Translations under genes and position numbers: made by a program | In this document: piece after piece, positions 61,598 to 64,000 of the stretch | Position numbering within the stretch: position 1 is the first letter of the stretch | How the letters are laid out: the number at the start of each line of letters is the position of its first letter | Virus record (IMG/VR): IMGVR_UViG_2547132519_000001 | Location: 1-64,000 of that record | Reading direction: 5' to 3' (one strand) | DNA length: 64,000 bases | DNA from: a virus | Lineage: Duplodnaviria > Caudoviricetes | Notes under the pieces: model-generated | The model's input: the letters and a program-made list of their open reading frames with translations, nothing else | What the model was told of the DNA's origin: nothing | Databases searched by the model: none

Positions 61598-61795
61598 GTG
61601 AAGAGAATTAAGAAGCTTAAAGGCTGGGGAATTTACCAGAACAATAATAAGGAGATAGAAGAACACAGATTCAATATAACAGTCTTACACCCGGATAATA
61701 TGGAATATGCTTATATGTGCAGCCCTTCAGACTCTGACATGGAATTCGATACGGTAGAAGCAGCTGAATGTTGGATCAATAACTATGATAAATGA
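61598..61795 (+). CDS. Hypothetical early protein
   Basis: 65 aa, GAGGTG RBS. Confidence 0.7.
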   Translation: MKRIKKLKGWGIYQNNNKEIEEHRFNITVLHPDNMEYAYMCSPSDSDMEFDTVEAAECWINNYDK

Positions 61796-61842
61796 ATTGA
61801 GGATTTTAAATCTATATAGACAAGATAGAAAGAAGGAATATA

Positions 61843-62103
61843 ATGATAGCATATAGAAAAGGAAATGGAAAAATAAAAGAATTATTTGGATACGGAATCA
61901 TTGCAGATGATGTAATTAAAAACAATGGATATCAAAAAGTCGATGTCTTAGACATAGAAAATTATAAAGATATTCAATGGGAAGGAATTGAATTTAATCG
62001 TTTATTTATGAAAAATAATGTACTATACCGATTTAATGAATGGAATGTACTATATCCGTATAAAAGCTTGAATATTCAAGAGATAGGATTGATATCTGAA
62101 TAG
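61843..62103 (+). CDS. Hypothetical early protein
   Basis: 86 aa, AAGGA RBS. Confidence 0.7.
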   Translation: MIAYRKGNGKIKELFGYGIIADDVIKNNGYQKVDVLDIENYKDIQWEGIEFNRLFMKNNVLYRFNEWNVLYPYKSLNIQEIGLISE

Positions 62104-62131
62104 AATAGTACTTTCAAAGGAGGTTATAAAG

Positions 62132-62323
62132 ATGAGTTATGATATACAATTAACCGACAAGGAAGACATAAGAATAGGTGACACGATTTTGTGCAATGAC
62201 GGAAACATAAGAACAGTATGCCGTAATAATATAACAAGAGGATTTACGGGGTTGTGTATTTTTGGCGATCCTTACCGACTGGGATATGAAAAAGTTAAGA
62301 AAGTTATCAATTTAAAATTTTAA
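62132..62323 (+). CDS. Hypothetical early protein
   Basis: 63 aa, AAGGAGG RBS. Confidence 0.7.
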   Translation: MSYDIQLTDKEDIRIGDTILCNDGNIRTVCRNNITRGFTGLCIFGDPYRLGYEKVKKVINLKF

Positions 62324-62403
62324 TAAACGAATAATTTTATCCCCAGTTTGAAGCCATTGGACAGCGTTCCGGTGGCTTTTATAGTGGGAATAAATGAAAA
62401 TAT

Positions 62404-62994
62404 ATGGAGGATTATATTATGAGAAAAGAATATACGATAGAACAGATGGCTGAAACAAGATGGTTTTATAGATTCACAGAGCCAAACGCAAAGGGCGAAA
62501 CACTTACAATCGAAATGTCCTTATGCACTAATAGTGGCGGAAGTCATGCGCTTCCGGTTTTATGGAAACAGCATGGATATATAGATAGAGTTTTAGAGAC
62601 ATACTGGAGTATATCAACGTATGTAAGAGACACAGAGGGCGCTTGTTATGGTCGCTATAATCCACAGCATAAATTAAGAGAAGATGGTAAAGGAATGGTA
62701 ATAAATTTTGATTGGATGTTTGATGCCACAGAAGATAATAAAGAAAGGTTATTTGATGAAGTGTATAGGTTATTTTCATCAGTAAAAGGTGAAACAGCTA
62801 CAGAAGAAAAGGTTAGAAAAGTAAAAGAATTTGCGAAAGAAAGAAATATTGAAGTTATGACAGAAATGCCAGAGGGATGGATTGATTTGGGTTATCGTAC
62901 GGCCCCAATTGGTTCAACTTATATGGGCAATATGAAATCTAATCGTCATAATCTTAGAGACGCAAACAGAAGAGAAGCACTACTATTAGTTTAA
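62404..62994 (+). CDS. Hypothetical early protein (start probably MRKEY)
   Basis: 196-aa ORF. Confidence 0.75.
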   Translation: MEDYIMRKEYTIEQMAETRWFYRFTEPNAKGETLTIEMSLCTNSGGSHALPVLWKQHGYIDRVLETYWSISTYVRDTEGACYGRYNPQHKLREDGKGMVINFDWMFDATEDNKERLFDEVYRLFSSVKGETATEEKVRKVKEFAKERNIEVMTEMPEGWIDLGYRTAPIGSTYMGNMKSNRHNLRDANRREALLLV

Positions 62995-63009
62995 GGAGGT
63001 AAATAACAC

Positions 63010-63255
63010 ATGCAAACTATCATTAAATATATAGAAGAAAAAACAAAAGTTTCTTTTGGGAGTATAAAAGATAGAGAGTGTTTTTATAGCGGAAGCGTTT
63101 TATATATGAAAATCTTACAGCAGGATTTAGACCATTTCAAAATAGATAATATAAATGCTATAAGCATTATAAATGCCGGTTTGACATTTTTTGATTTAGA
63201 TGAAACAGTATACAGAGCAGTTAGAGAAGTAGTGAAATTTAATAATAAACATTAA
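63010..63255 (+). CDS. Hypothetical early protein
   Basis: 81 aa, AAGGAGG RBS. Confidence 0.7.
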   Translation: MQTIIKYIEEKTKVSFGSIKDRECFYSGSVLYMKILQQDLDHFKIDNINAISIINAGLTFFDLDETVYRAVREVVKFNNKH

Positions 63256-63288
63256 CATTAAGATTATAGAAAGAAATGGGGCAATATT

Positions 63289-63759
63289 ATGAACATGGAT
63301 ATTTTGGCGGTAGATATTAAACATTTATCAACATATGATTTTCTTCAGGACGGAGAAACAGAGGAAGAACTTTTAAAACGTGCCAATGACTATAGACAAA
63401 ACAATATTGATTCATGGAATAAAAATTGCAAAGATTATCCATGCGAACGATTTGATCAGTATTTAAAAGAAGCATTTAACAAGGAATACAGGGTTATGAC
63501 ATGGAGCGAATTTGAACAGCTGCAAAGAGATTCTTATATTAACCAACCACTAGAAGAAACTACAGAGGAATGTTATGAAAATGCTTTGAATGTACTTCCT
63601 CCTTTAAAATGGTGCGCAATAGACGGAGTGGAAATGTTTTGTATGTCTGAAATGTATACGGGAACCTATACAAACCAGTATGCTAGGTATAAAGGGAAAT
63701 ATTATACAAAAATGGTTGATATTATGGATAAAACTACTTGGATTAATAATTATTTATAA
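63289..63759 (+). CDS. Hypothetical early protein
   Basis: 156 aa; ALNVLPPLKW...FCMSEMYTG. Confidence 0.75.
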   Translation: MNMDILAVDIKHLSTYDFLQDGETEEELLKRANDYRQNNIDSWNKNCKDYPCERFDQYLKEAFNKEYRVMTWSEFEQLQRDSYINQPLEETTEECYENALNVLPPLKWCAIDGVEMFCMSEMYTGTYTNQYARYKGKYYTKMVDIMDKTTWINNYL

Positions 63760-63821
63760 GAAGATATAACAGTATAAGCGGATGAAAAGTAAGTTTCATT
63801 TAGAAAGCGGAGGAAAATAAA

Positions 63822-64000
63822 ATGGCCAAATATAAAATGATAATTAATACAGACAGATATGTTTGTAGAAGATGTAGTAAAAAGAATTGGGAACCAGGAA
63901 CAAGAAACGATTATATGCTTGCTATTAATGGTGTTACAAGAATGCTAAACAGCATGAAAGAGGTTATGTGGCAATTAGAATTATTTCATGGAAATTCCTT
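63822..64000 (+). CDS. Hypothetical early protein, runs off the window
   Basis: GGAGG RBS, ATG at 63822, frame open to the end. Confidence 0.6.
   Translation, partial: MAKYKMIINTDRYVCRRCSKKNWEPGTRNDYMLAINGVTRMLNSMKEVMWQLELFHGNS

Larger units (their letters stand above)
1..64000. mobile_element. Large SPbeta-like temperate phage/prophage segment (no att sites or ends visible)
   Basis: Contiguous terminase-portal-capsid-tail module, YonO-like RNAP, HU, tyrosine recombinase, small early genes; no host housekeeping genes. Confidence 0.9.

Noticed and set aside
1-64000. CRISPR array, rRNA, arbitrium aimR/aimP
   Set aside because: No regularly spaced repeats, no rRNA-like sequence, and no TPR receptor next to the small peptides

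Overview
The whole window looks like part of a large temperate phage (probably a prophage) of an AT-rich Firmicute, likely Clostridia. Its layout resembles SPbeta-type phages: Ku and ATP-dependent ligase at the left; a ~50 kb minus-strand late region (YonO-like single-subunit RNA polymerase, tRNA-Asn, HU proteins, tyrosine recombinase, endolysin, terminase, portal, capsid, tail); then a divergent control region and an array of small plus-strand early genes. The main finding is that the tape-measure gene is split by an apparent 11,474-nt group I intron (minus strand, 28005 to 16532). The ribozyme core (P3-P8) lies at ~27580-27960. An unusually long internal guide sequence pairs in exact register with the distant 3' exon, and splicing would restore the frame (GGT|CAA, ~2,398 aa). 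Instead of a homing endonuclease, the P9 loop carries three paralogous tail-collar fibre genes (one broken by IS66), two secreted cell-wall-binding proteins and an antisense zinc-ribbon gene whose promoter overlaps the 3' splice site. Secondary observations: a 16-bp palindromic motif at early-gene boundaries, repeated probable AUA/AUU starts, small-peptide/antisense modules and a candidate late-promoter palindrome. All family calls are by eye from motifs and synteny; no database searches were run.
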